A DNA stretch of 45,600 bases from Gemmataceae bacterium (GTDB lineage Bacteria > Planctomycetota > Planctomycetia > Gemmatales > Gemmataceae), in contig DASRSQ010000355.1 of NCBI GenBank assembly GCA_035656475.1, forward strand, positions 1 through 45,600, in the 5' to 3' direction. Below the pieces are notes generated by a model. That model searched no databases, was not told where the DNA came from, and saw only the letters and a program-made list of their open reading frames with translations. The first letter of the stretch is position 1. Each line of letters begins with the position of its first letter. The translations under genes were made by a program, and so were the position numbers. Shown one piece after another: positions 26,079-34,728 of the stretch.

Positions 26079-27121
26079 CGGATGCTCTCCATCAGATCGG
26101 CGCGAGCAAAGCGATGTACCGGTTCGAACAAGTAATGACCGACTCCCCATTGCTCGCCGCCGCCGAAAGCAAAAAGTTCCGCGCAGGCCATCAAGAAGAT
26201 CCGCCAACGTTGCAAAACAACAGAGGCTTTGGTCTTGCCCATTCCTTGCGAGAACAGGCTATTCAGTTCCGATCGGCGAGCGTCCAGGTTTCGCAGCCAC
26301 ATTTCGCAAGTTCGTGCATAATGTCGGCCATCGATGAACCAGCGCTGGCGAACTTTGAAATCGCGGTCGAATTGGTCGAAGAGATGGAACGATGGCATAA
26401 TGCCGCCCGTGAAAAAGTGCCTCGCCATCCAGTCGCCGTCGCCGTCGATTTCGAAGGGATACGCTAAGGCCCGATGGCAGAAGATGTGGACGAACAGTTT
26501 TCCACCCGGAAGCAACCAGCTGGCCACACGTTCGAGCAACCGCTCGTAATTCCGCATGTGCTCGAACATTTCGACGGAAACGATACGATCGTAGCGGCCT
26601 GGCGCCCAAAACTCTGCGACGTTGGCAGTCACGACTTCAATGTTCCGCACACCTCGCTCCCGGCAACGAGCTTCCATAAACTGCTTTTGACTTCGCGAAT
26701 TGGAAACGGCCGTCAAATTGCAATTCGGATAGTGCTCGGCAATCCACAAGGTGAGCGATCCCCAACCGCAACCTAGTTCGAGGATGTTCATGCCGTCGGC
26801 AATCCCGGCCCGCTCACATGTCAAATCGAGCATGGCATCCTCCGCTTGCGCGAGCGACTGAGCACCATTCTCGAACATGCAACAACTGTATTTCAAACGC
26901 GGGCCGAGCACGGCACGGAAAAAGTCAGCGGGCACTTCGTAGTGCTGCGAATTGGCCAGGTCCGTTGCGATCACCACGGGCTGTTGGCGAAGCCAGGCGG
27001 CGAACTCTTGCGTCGAGGAATTGCATGTCTGGCGCAATCGTTGCTTCAGCATTCGCCGAATGCCGACGCGGACCAGCCAATCGGGAATGAGTCCACGTTC
27101 CACGAAATCGATGATTGTCAT
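26075..27121 (-). CDS. Cyclopropane-fatty-acyl-phospholipid-synthase family SAM-dependent methyltransferase
   Basis: 348 aa. SAM motif ILELGCGWGSLTLWIAEHY, plus VSVEMFEHMRNYE and LLPGGKLFVH, typical of the CFA synthase family. Confidence 0.85.
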   Translation of the reverse strand: MTIIDFVERGLIPDWLVRVGIRRMLKQRLRQTCNSSTQEFAAWLRQQPVVIATDLANSQHYEVPADFFRAVLGPRLKYSCCMFENGAQSLAQAEDAMLDLTCERAGIADGMNILELGCGWGSLTLWIAEHYPNCNLTAVSNSRSQKQFMEARCRERGVRNIEVVTANVAEFWAPGRYDRIVSVEMFEHMRNYERLLERVASWLLPGGKLFVHIFCHRALAYPFEIDGDGDWMARHFFTGGIMPSFHLFDQFDRDFKVRQRWFIDGRHYARTCEMWLRNLDARRSELNSLFSQGMGKTKASVVLQRWRIFLMACAELFAFGGGEQWGVGHYLFEPVHRFARADLMESIR

Positions 27122-27130
27122 CGTAACTCC

Positions 27131-27475
27131 TCAGCAAACTTCGGCGGCAGCACGACCCAGAAACAAATGATCCCAGGTGTTGGACGGTTTGAGGCGCCAA
27201 ATGGCGATCAGTACGTAAAGCGCGATGGCAATGTTGCCAAGCCCCATGATGGCAACGAACCAGAACACCCGGGCAATGAGGCTTGTTTCCCGGTAACCGA
27301 CCCAGATATAGAAGGTGACGAAGCCACAATACGCATCGCAGAAGGTGGCCACGAACCAGCGGTCGGCAAAAAGATCGCCGGCGTCCCATACACTTCGGTC
27401 CAGGGACGCCCACGTCGTGACGCCGATCATCAGTGTCAAAATGCCGGCGAACAGGCTAGTTAGGAGCACTCGCAT
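27131..27475 (-). CDS. DUF1475 family small membrane protein
   Basis: ATG 27475 (MRVLLTSLFAGILTLMIGVTTWASL). Motifs FCDAYCGFVTFYIWVGYRE and LGNIAIALYVL. The family assignment is from memory. Confidence 0.65.
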   Translation of the reverse strand: MRVLLTSLFAGILTLMIGVTTWASLDRSVWDAGDLFADRWFVATFCDAYCGFVTFYIWVGYRETSLIARVFWFVAIMGLGNIAIALYVLIAIWRLKPSNTWDHLFLGRAAAEVC

Positions 27476-27487
27476 TGGCACCAAGCC

Positions 27488-28768
27488 TCAAATGGTGGCA
27501 GTGTATCCGCAAGCCGGCTTCGACAGCATAATCTGGGCAAGGCCGATCTGACGATCCAGGAAACCGGCCTCGCAGTAGCAGAGGTAATAGTGCCACATGC
27601 GAACGAAACGCTCATCGAACCCGAGTCCGCGAACGGCGTCGACGTTTTGCCAAAAGCGAATTCGCCAGTGTTTCAGCGTCTCGGCGTAATGCGATCCGAA
27701 ATCGTCGAGACGCGTCATTCGAAAATCGCTCGCTCGCCGGACAGAATCAGCGATAGCCGATATGCACGGGATGCATCCACCCGGAAATATGTAACGCTGG
27801 ATGAAATCAACGGAGCGGCGATAGGCGTCGTAGCGTTGATCGGGGATAGTAATCGTTTGGAGCGCCATCGCGCCGTTCGGTCGTAATAAGTTCGAGCACT
27901 GGCGAAAGTACGTGTCGAGAAACTCATGGCCGACGGCTTCGACCATTTCGATCGATACGAGTTTGTCAAAGGCTCCGTGTAGCCGGCGGTAGTCTTCGCA
28001 AAGCACAGTGACGCGATCGCACAAACCGGCCGCGCGAATTCGCTGCTTGGCGAAATCGTACTGATTGCGAGAGATCGTTGTCGTTGTGACCTTGCAACCG
28101 TATTTACGAGCGGCATGCACCGCGAAGCCGCCCCAGCCCGTTCCGATTTCGAGCACGTGATCGCCTGGCGTCAGGTTCAACATTCGGCAAATGCGATCGA
28201 ATTTCTCCGTTGACGCTTCCGTGAGCGTTGTGTCGGCAGCGGAAAAAATCCCGGCGGAGTACGCCATGGTTTCGTCAAGAAACAGGGCGAAGAATTCGTT
28301 GCCCAGGTCGTAGTGAGCGTGGATGTTATCCCGGCTTCCTTCAATCGTGTTCCGGCGAAATCGATGCATCCATGCCGAGGCCCACGTGGCCCATCGTGAG
28401 AACGCTCCATCCAGGGCCGCCATCGTTTCGGCGTTTTTCGTCAGCAGACGAAATAAGCCGATGAGATCGTCGCAGTCCCACCAGCCATCAATGAAGGCCG
28501 CTGCGGCGCCGAGCGTGCCTCTGGTTGCCAGCGTCGTGTAGGCGCGTGCGTCGGCAATTCGAATTTCGACTGGATTGGCCGCGTTGTCGCCGTGCACGGT
28601 TGTCCCGAGGACGTCTCGCAGTCGAAGCGATCCCTGACGAATGGCGTTCAAACGTCGCAAGAGGCCGTCGCGACATGCTCGTTGCAGGAAGGTCGGGTGA
28701 CCACGCTTCCGACCGGCGAAACCGCGGGGCCTGGTTTCACATGCTTCGGGTGCGAGTAGAACGGACAT
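27488..28768 (-). CDS. Cyclopropane-fatty-acyl-phospholipid-synthase family methyltransferase (long form)
   Basis: ATG 28768 follows GGAGA. Motifs HYDLGNEFFALFLDETMAYSAGIF, VLEIGTGWGGFAVHAARKYGCKVTTTT, SIEMVEAVGHEF, YIFPGGCIP and LCYCEAGF. Confidence 0.85.
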   Translation of the reverse strand: MSVLLAPEACETRPRGFAGRKRGHPTFLQRACRDGLLRRLNAIRQGSLRLRDVLGTTVHGDNAANPVEIRIADARAYTTLATRGTLGAAAAFIDGWWDCDDLIGLFRLLTKNAETMAALDGAFSRWATWASAWMHRFRRNTIEGSRDNIHAHYDLGNEFFALFLDETMAYSAGIFSAADTTLTEASTEKFDRICRMLNLTPGDHVLEIGTGWGGFAVHAARKYGCKVTTTTISRNQYDFAKQRIRAAGLCDRVTVLCEDYRRLHGAFDKLVSIEMVEAVGHEFLDTYFRQCSNLLRPNGAMALQTITIPDQRYDAYRRSVDFIQRYIFPGGCIPCISAIADSVRRASDFRMTRLDDFGSHYAETLKHWRIRFWQNVDAVRGLGFDERFVRMWHYYLCYCEAGFLDRQIGLAQIMLSKPACGYTATI

Positions 28769-29484
28769 TTCTTTCTCCACAGCTGAAAAGCTTGCCAGTA
28801 AATTGCGGCCGTGATGCGAAATGGCGCCAGCGGATAGCGCAGCAACAGCCGATTGCGGTTCGCTCGTGTCCAGGGCACGCGCCGAAGATGGAGGCCAGCG
28901 CGGAACACCGGCGCCTCGTCCACCAGATTCTCGATGCGCACATCCAACCTCTCGTCCGGCTGCTGAATGTGCCACCGGTATTCGACATTCATGCCCATGA
29001 ACGGCGACACGTGAAAATTCTTCGCATGACGATAAACGCCATCACCGCGGCTGGTTTCGCGATTGCCGTCGCAGAGGACATAAGCATGCCGTTCAAGCCA
29101 CGGTGTATTCTGCACTTCGGCAACAACCGCCTCCAGCGATTCGCCGTCCGGTTCGCTACAATAAAACAGGTTGAGCGGACTGAAGTAGTAGCCCAAGCAA
29201 CTCAGTTGTGTCAGAACCCGGATCGACCCCGTAGGCCGGGCGTCCGATTCTCTTTCCACGATGTCCCGAATGCAGTCGGCCATATTTTGCCGAGGATCGC
29301 CGACGTGATCGGTGCGCCGAAACGAAGCAAGTCCGAATCTGTCCGTCGAAATCAAATTCAACTTCGCCAAGCCCGGAAGCTCTTCCAGGGCGAGATAGGC
29401 CAGGCACAGCCGATAGTGAAAGCGGTGTCGCACAGGCGTCAAACGCTCGTGGTGCAAGACGCCTTCGTAGAGACAACTTTCCAT
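28648..29484 (-). CDS. DUF1365 family protein
   Basis: ATG 29484 (MESCLYEGVLHHERLTPVRHRFHYRLCLAYLALEEL) shows the typical DUF1365 N-terminus. Its 3' end overlaps the next gene's start by about 121 nt. Confidence 0.8.
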   Translation of the reverse strand: MESCLYEGVLHHERLTPVRHRFHYRLCLAYLALEELPGLAKLNLISTDRFGLASFRRTDHVGDPRQNMADCIRDIVERESDARPTGSIRVLTQLSCLGYYFSPLNLFYCSEPDGESLEAVVAEVQNTPWLERHAYVLCDGNRETSRGDGVYRHAKNFHVSPFMGMNVEYRWHIQQPDERLDVRIENLVDEAPVFRAGLHLRRVPWTRANRNRLLLRYPLAPFRITAAIYWQAFQLWRKKCPFYSHPKHVKPGPAVSPVGSVVTRPSCNEHVATASCDV

Positions 29485-30731
29485 TGGTCCAATCCCAATC
29501 CGAAAAACCTTGCGACGGCGAGGGCACTGTTGACGCCGTCTTCGTGGAAGCCGTAACCCCAATAGGCGCCGCAATAATAGGTACGGCGTTTGCCATTAAG
29601 CTTGCCGTGCTCCGTCTGAGCGTGGATGGATTCCCGCGTGAACACGGGATGATGAAAAACGTGGCGATCGAGCACCGTTCGCGGGTCGATCCGCTCCTCA
29701 CCATTGAGCGTCAACAAGATCGGCGTCGCCGAATCAACGCGTTGCAACCTGCTCAGATCATAGGTGACCGCGACCGGGGCCGCAGGATCGTCCGACACGT
29801 GATAATTCCAACTCGCCCACGCCCGTCGCCGCCTCGGGAGCAGTGAGATGTCCGTATGCACAACGGCAACGTTTGGCTGATAGGGGAACGACGCCAACAC
29901 GCGCCGCTCGTCTGCATCCGCATCGCGCAACAATACCAGCGATTGGTCCGCATGGCAGCCAAGAACGACAGCGTCATAGATTTCGGAGGATCGATCGCGG
30001 GCCTGAACAACGACGTGGTTTTCGTGCCGCCAAACTGCTTGCACGGGAGCGTCGGTGACCGTGCAGCTTCGCAACGGCGCCGTGAGACCTTCCACGTAAC
30101 GTCGAGCCCCACCGTCCACCGTTTTCCATTGGGGGCGATCATGAAGTTGGAGCAGTCCATGATTGCGCAGGAACCCGAGCAGAAAATGTGCCGGGAAATC
30201 GAGCAACTCTCCCGCCCGACACGACCAGATGGCCGCCGCCATGGGCACGAGGTATTTCGAAATAAACCAGCCGCCAAATCCTTTGTCTGCCAGCAACTCA
30301 CCAACGGTCCTCACACCAATACCTTCTTCGATCCAAGCTGGCGCCGCGCGGTTGAAACGCACAATGTCTGCCAGCATTCGAAGATAAGAGGGCCGAATGA
30401 GGTTACGACGCTGTGCAAATAAGCCATTCAGCGAACTTCCCTGATATTCGAGTCCCGATGCATCGCATCGAACACTCAGGCTCATGTCGGTGTCCGTGGT
30501 GGTCACGCCGAGCAACCGAAGCAGTTGGCAAAAGTTCGGGTAGGTGCGTTCGTTGAACACCATGAAACCGGTGTCAACGCGGTGATCCCGACCGGCCACT
30601 CGGATGTCGATCGTGCGACTGTGTCCACCTGGCCGGCGTTCCGCCTCGAACAGAGTGATCTCGTGCTCCTGCGCCAGCAAGCGTGCAGCCAAGATTCCGC
30701 TCACCCCGCCGCCGACAACCGCGATCCGCAT
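29439..30731 (-). CDS. NAD(P)/FAD-dependent oxidoreductase (amine-oxidase / desaturase-like)
   Basis: Rossmann dinucleotide motif MRIAVVGGGVSGILAARLLAQEHEITLFEAERRPGGHS. 430 aa. Confidence 0.85.
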   Translation of the reverse strand: MRIAVVGGGVSGILAARLLAQEHEITLFEAERRPGGHSRTIDIRVAGRDHRVDTGFMVFNERTYPNFCQLLRLLGVTTTDTDMSLSVRCDASGLEYQGSSLNGLFAQRRNLIRPSYLRMLADIVRFNRAAPAWIEEGIGVRTVGELLADKGFGGWFISKYLVPMAAAIWSCRAGELLDFPAHFLLGFLRNHGLLQLHDRPQWKTVDGGARRYVEGLTAPLRSCTVTDAPVQAVWRHENHVVVQARDRSSEIYDAVVLGCHADQSLVLLRDADADERRVLASFPYQPNVAVVHTDISLLPRRRRAWASWNYHVSDDPAAPVAVTYDLSRLQRVDSATPILLTLNGEERIDPRTVLDRHVFHHPVFTRESIHAQTEHGKLNGKRRTYYCGAYWGYGFHEDGVNSALAVARFFGLGLDQWKVVSTKASCTTSV

Positions 30732-30765
30732 GGCAAACCTCTCAAACGCTCAAAACGTTCATATA

Positions 30766-30793
30766 ATGATAACCGGCCCGATTTACGAGTCAA
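30766..30793 (-). promoter_or_regulatory. Sigma-70-like promoter candidate for the minus-strand lipid operon
   Basis: The minus strand reads TTGACT (30793-30788), then 16 nt, then TATCAT (30771-30766). It lies about 35 nt upstream of ATG 30731 in an AT-rich spacer. Confidence 0.3.
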
Positions 30794-30866
30794 GGCCGTT
30801 GAAAGGAATTGATATTTTTCTTTCGACTATTATTCGAGACGTTCAAAACGTACACTTAAGTGATCG

Positions 30867-31805
30867 ATGGCCGCATCGGAGACTGCAATGAAGCCGAATC
30901 AGGACACAGGGCACGTCAGTACGGCTACCGTGGCGCGAGCGCTCGGTGTGAGCGTCAGCACGGTGAAACGCTGGGTGGACGATGGAATCCTGCCGGCGCA
31001 CAAAACGGCGGGAGGACACCGCAAACTGCTCATTGCGGACGTTCTGGAACTGGCGCGTCGCACCGATTTGCCTCACGCGGATCTGTCACTGCTTGCCGAC
31101 GAGCGACGAGGGGCATTCATTGCCACAGGCGATGACTTGGCCCTCCAGCTGCAACGTGCCTTGCTTGCCGGCGAGGTGGAAAAGGCGCGCGTGCTGATTC
31201 TCGGCCACTATCGCGCCGGAATGTCTATCGCGGAGATCGCGGACCAGGCCGTGGCCCCGGCGATGGCTTCGATTGGCCGCGACTGGGAAAGGGGCAAAAT
31301 CGACGTGATGGAAGAGCACCGCGCATCGCAGCTGTGCGCCAGTGTCCTCTATGAGCTGAAAGCCAAGCTTGAGGCTAGAGCAAGCCGCAACCGGCCCCGT
31401 GCCGTCGGGGCCGCCCCAGAGGACGATTACTCGGTGCTGCCGACGCTTATGGCGCAGATGACGCTTCTAGATGTCGGATGGGACGCCATCAATCTCGGCC
31501 CCGACACGCCCTTCAGGAGCCTGACTCGCGCCATAGTCGAACTGCGGCCGCGGCTAGCGTGGGTGTCTGTCTCGCACTCTGGACCGGAGGACGCATTTAT
31601 CGCGGCATATCGTGAGTTCTATCGGCATGCCGAGGCTGCCAACGTTCCCGTGGCCATCGGCGGGTACGGTTTGAAAGAAGGGATTCGGTCACGCATCCCT
31701 TACACGACCTATGGTGACCGATTGGATCATCTCGCCGCCTTTGCGCGAACACTCCATCCGCGGCCGGCACGCCCCGAGCGCGGCCGACCAAGGTCACGCA
31801 ATTGA
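30867..31805 (+). CDS. HTH (MerR/excisionase-type) + B12-binding-domain regulator, CarH/LitR-like
   Basis: N-terminal HTH VSTATVARALGVSVSTVKRWVDDGILPAHKTAGGHRKL. W140-x9-E150-H151 (DWERGKIDVMEEH) matches the CarH Wx9EH motif. A Rossmann-like B12-binding fold is present (VGAAPEDDYSVLPTLMAQMTLLDVGWDAINLGPDTP...VAIGGYG), with Tyr188 where the His ligand normally sits. Confidence 0.75.
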   Translation: MAASETAMKPNQDTGHVSTATVARALGVSVSTVKRWVDDGILPAHKTAGGHRKLLIADVLELARRTDLPHADLSLLADERRGAFIATGDDLALQLQRALLAGEVEKARVLILGHYRAGMSIAEIADQAVAPAMASIGRDWERGKIDVMEEHRASQLCASVLYELKAKLEARASRNRPRAVGAAPEDDYSVLPTLMAQMTLLDVGWDAINLGPDTPFRSLTRAIVELRPRLAWVSVSHSGPEDAFIAAYREFYRHAEAANVPVAIGGYGLKEGIRSRIPYTTYGDRLDHLAAFARTLHPRPARPERGRPRSRN

Positions 31806-32085
31806 AACTCGTGCTCATCTCCTTGACGCAGATCGCACGCTCGCCTAGAATTTAATGAACGATTTGACCGATTGTAGTCCTTTGGTAACGGCGGGGGCTC
31901 CATGAAGCAGCGAAACAGCATGGCTATCAAGGCCGAGGCAAACCGGTTTTTTTTTCCGCTCTTGCCGTACCTCGCATGTGTCTCCTGCGCGACGGTCTTG
32001 ACTGGACATTGTGACGATTGAACACATGAGCAACGAATTGAATCCGTGATGGCGGGCTGGAAACGCTGCGAGCGAGGGAAAAATC

Positions 32086-33525
32086 ATGAAACTCCCACAT
32101 TTTCTCTTACGCACGCCGATGCCCGCCCCCGCGGACAGGGTATTTGCCTGGCACTGCCGCCCTGGCGCCTTCGAACGATTGACCCCACCGTGGGAAAACG
32201 TGAAGGTCCTTGAGCAAACAGGAACTATCGAAAATGGCGGCCGCGTCATCCTTATGGTGCGGGCCGGCGGCTTCTGGCGTCGCTGGGTTGCACAGCACGG
32301 CGATTATCAGCAAGGAAGACAGTTTTGCGACGTGCAAGTCGAAGGTCCATTCCGCTCATGGCGGCACTGTCACCGAGTTGTCCCCGATGGCGATCTTTGC
32401 ATTCTTGAAGATGATATAGAGTACGCACTGCCGATGGGCTCGCTCGGCGATTTCGTCGGTGGCGCCCTGCTTCGCCACAAGCTCGAGCGGATGTTCCGCT
32501 ACCGACACGAAATCACCGCGCGTGACCTCGCATTACATCAGAAATACTCGGAGGGTTCGACGATGCGAATCGCGATCACCGGCTCGACCGGTTTGGTCGG
32601 CTCGGCCTTGGTCCCGTTCCTCACCTCGGGTGGTCATGAGGTCGTCCCCATTGTGAGGAACCGCACGTCAGGAGAAGATGTTTCATGGACGCCTGAGGCT
32701 GGCCTGATCGACGCAGAGCGACTGGAGGGCCTTGATGCCGTCGTCCATCTGGCCGGTGAGAACATCGCGGCCCGACGCTGGAACGCTGCACAGAAGGCAC
32801 GCATTCGCGACAGCCGCATTCAGGGCACAAAAGTGCTTTGCGAAGCGCTGGCGCGGCTGCGTCGTCCTCCCCGCGTACTGGTCAGCGCTTCCGCCATCGG
32901 CTTCTATGGCAATCGCGGCGATGAGGAGTTAACTGAAGCGAGCGCAAGCGGCACGGGCTTCCTGCCCGAAGTGTGTCGTGAATGGGAAGCAGCCACAGTG
33001 GCCGCGGAGAAAGCAGGCATCCGAGTCGTGCACTTGCGCTTCGGCATCATTCTCAGTCCCAAGGGGGGAGCACTGGCGCAAATGCTCACACCATTCCGCC
33101 TCGGCGTGGGCGGTCGGCTTGGCAACGGCCGCCAAGCGATGAGCTGGATCGCCCTCGATGACGTGGTCGGCACCATCTACCACGGGCTCGCCACTGAGAC
33201 TCTGCGCGGCCCGGTCAATACGGTTGCACCGAAGCCGGTGACCAATCTCGAATTCACCAAAACGCTCGGCCGCGTTCTCGGCCGGCCAACGATGTTTCCA
33301 GTCCCCGGATTCCTGGCCCGATTGGCGTTTGGCGAAATGGCCAACGATCTACTCCTGGCAAGCACGCGCGTCGTTCCCGAGGCGCTGCTCGATTCGGGTT
33401 ATGAGTTCTTGTATCCCGACCTGGAGCACGCGCTGCGCCACCTGCTCGGTAGATACGGGACAATGACGCCCGACGATTCGGCGAATCTACCGCATCTCCG
33501 CAGGGAGGCGGGAACATCAACATGA
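32086..33525 (+). CDS. SRPBCC (START/cyclase-like) domain fused to a TIGR01777/YfcH-type NAD-binding epimerase-like protein
   Basis: N-terminal SRPBCC segment: PADRVFAWHCRPGAFERLTPPWENVKV...FRSWRHCH. It is followed by MRIAITGSTGLVGSAL (GxxGxxG) and a C-terminal DUF1731-like segment, RVVPEALLDSGYEFLYPDLEHAL. Confidence 0.8.
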   Translation: MKLPHFLLRTPMPAPADRVFAWHCRPGAFERLTPPWENVKVLEQTGTIENGGRVILMVRAGGFWRRWVAQHGDYQQGRQFCDVQVEGPFRSWRHCHRVVPDGDLCILEDDIEYALPMGSLGDFVGGALLRHKLERMFRYRHEITARDLALHQKYSEGSTMRIAITGSTGLVGSALVPFLTSGGHEVVPIVRNRTSGEDVSWTPEAGLIDAERLEGLDAVVHLAGENIAARRWNAAQKARIRDSRIQGTKVLCEALARLRRPPRVLVSASAIGFYGNRGDEELTEASASGTGFLPEVCREWEAATVAAEKAGIRVVHLRFGIILSPKGGALAQMLTPFRLGVGGRLGNGRQAMSWIALDDVVGTIYHGLATETLRGPVNTVAPKPVTNLEFTKTLGRVLGRPTMFPVPGFLARLAFGEMANDLLLASTRVVPEALLDSGYEFLYPDLEHALRHLLGRYGTMTPDDSANLPHLRREAGTST

Positions 33526-33983
33526 TGATCTATACCCTGCAGCGTGAACAGCATCTGCCACATCCAATCGAGCAGGTCTTCGCATTCTTTGCGGATGCCG
33601 GAAACCTTGAGGCGATTACTCCACCGTGGCTGCGCTTCCAAATCCTGACACCACGGCCGATCGGGATGGTGCCCGGCGTGTTGATCAAGTATCGGCTGCG
33701 TTGGCACGGGATGCCAATCCACTGGGTGACCCGGATCGACCGATGGGAGCCGCCGACGCGATTTTGTGATGTGCAATTGCAAGGGCCGTATCGATTGTGG
33801 GAGCACGAGCATGCATTTGAGCCGTGCGATTCGGGCACGCGCATGCGAGATGTCGTCCGCTATGCTATCCCGTATGGCGTGCTGGGACGTTTCGCCCATC
33901 GCGTGATCGTGCGGTCGGACCTCGAAGCAATCTTCGACTATCGCGCTGTCCGAGTGGAACAGATGTTGGAAGGCGCCCGATGA
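33522..33983 (+). CDS. SRPBCC family protein (paralogous to the N-terminal domain of the upstream gene)
   Basis: The ATGA overlap with the upstream stop suggests coupling. EQVFAFFADAGNLEAITPPWLRFQIL...YRLWEHEHAF parallels the upstream SRPBCC domain. Confidence 0.75.
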   Translation: MMIYTLQREQHLPHPIEQVFAFFADAGNLEAITPPWLRFQILTPRPIGMVPGVLIKYRLRWHGMPIHWVTRIDRWEPPTRFCDVQLQGPYRLWEHEHAFEPCDSGTRMRDVVRYAIPYGVLGRFAHRVIVRSDLEAIFDYRAVRVEQMLEGAR

Positions 33984-34111
33984 CCGCCACGCATGCGACG
34001 AGCGTCTGTTTCGGCACGATCTGCGCCTTGCCGACAATCCCACGCTGACCGCCGCCACGGGCCGGGGAGGCGAGGTTGTTCCCGTTTTGAAGTGGCGACT
34101 TGTATCGTTAT

Positions 34112-34675
34112 CTATCCATTTTTTGGTGCTTCAAGAATCACATCGACTGCTGCTGCAATATCGGCAACCACACTGCATGATATCCGAAGCTCGCTACGAT
34201 GCTTGGATCCGTGGCCAGTAAGAACATAGATTCCATTGGCCCCAACCGCGTGCGCCAGTTCAACGTCCGACGGGTGATCTCCGATGACAAAAGAGCGGCT
34301 GAGGTCGATCGCATATTCGAGCTGCGCGAGGTTCAAGAAGTGTGGTTTCGGCTTGCGGCACAGGCATTTGTCCGCATGATCGTGAGGGCAACAGTACACG
34401 GCTCGTATCGTTATCCCTTCCTCGGAAAGCCTTTGGACAACGAAATCGTTGACTACCTGGGCTTCCTCGGATCGTATATGACCTTTGGCGATCCCACTTT
34501 GATTCGTCACGATAAACAGTGCAAAATCGCCGAGGCGGCGCAAAGCCGGAAAGGTCTGCGGATAAAAGTCAACGGCTCCGACATCGCGAATGAAACCGAC
34601 GTCTTCGATCAGTGTGCCGTCTCGGTCCAAGAAAACTGCTGGCTGTTTCACGATGCGACCCCACGTGACTCTCAA
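34112..34675 (-). CDS. gmhB: HAD-IIIA D,D-heptose 1,7-bisphosphate phosphatase (GmhB-like)
   Basis: Motifs VFLDRDGTLI, VTNQSGIAKG, CPHDHADKCLCRKPKP (Zn-binding loop) and VIGDHPSDVELAHAVG. The start is TTG 34675 or GTG 34651. Confidence 0.75.
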   Translation of the reverse strand: MRVTWGRIVKQPAVFLDRDGTLIEDVGFIRDVGAVDFYPQTFPALRRLGDFALFIVTNQSGIAKGHIRSEEAQVVNDFVVQRLSEEGITIRAVYCCPHDHADKCLCRKPKPHFLNLAQLEYAIDLSRSFVIGDHPSDVELAHAVGANGIYVLTGHGSKHRSELRISCSVVADIAAAVDVILEAPKNG

Positions 34676-34728
34676 GAGACGGCGAATGTGAATCCCGACG
34701 CCGAAAGGGCAAGCGCGAAAATTCGTAT

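Noticed and set aside
31845-32249. 134-aa minus ORF and a T9 run (about 31946-31954) between the regulator and the SRPBCC fusion gene.
   Set aside because: The ORF overlaps the well-supported + strand start at 32086 and is featureless. The T-run is not preceded by a convincing GC-rich stem, so I make no terminator call.
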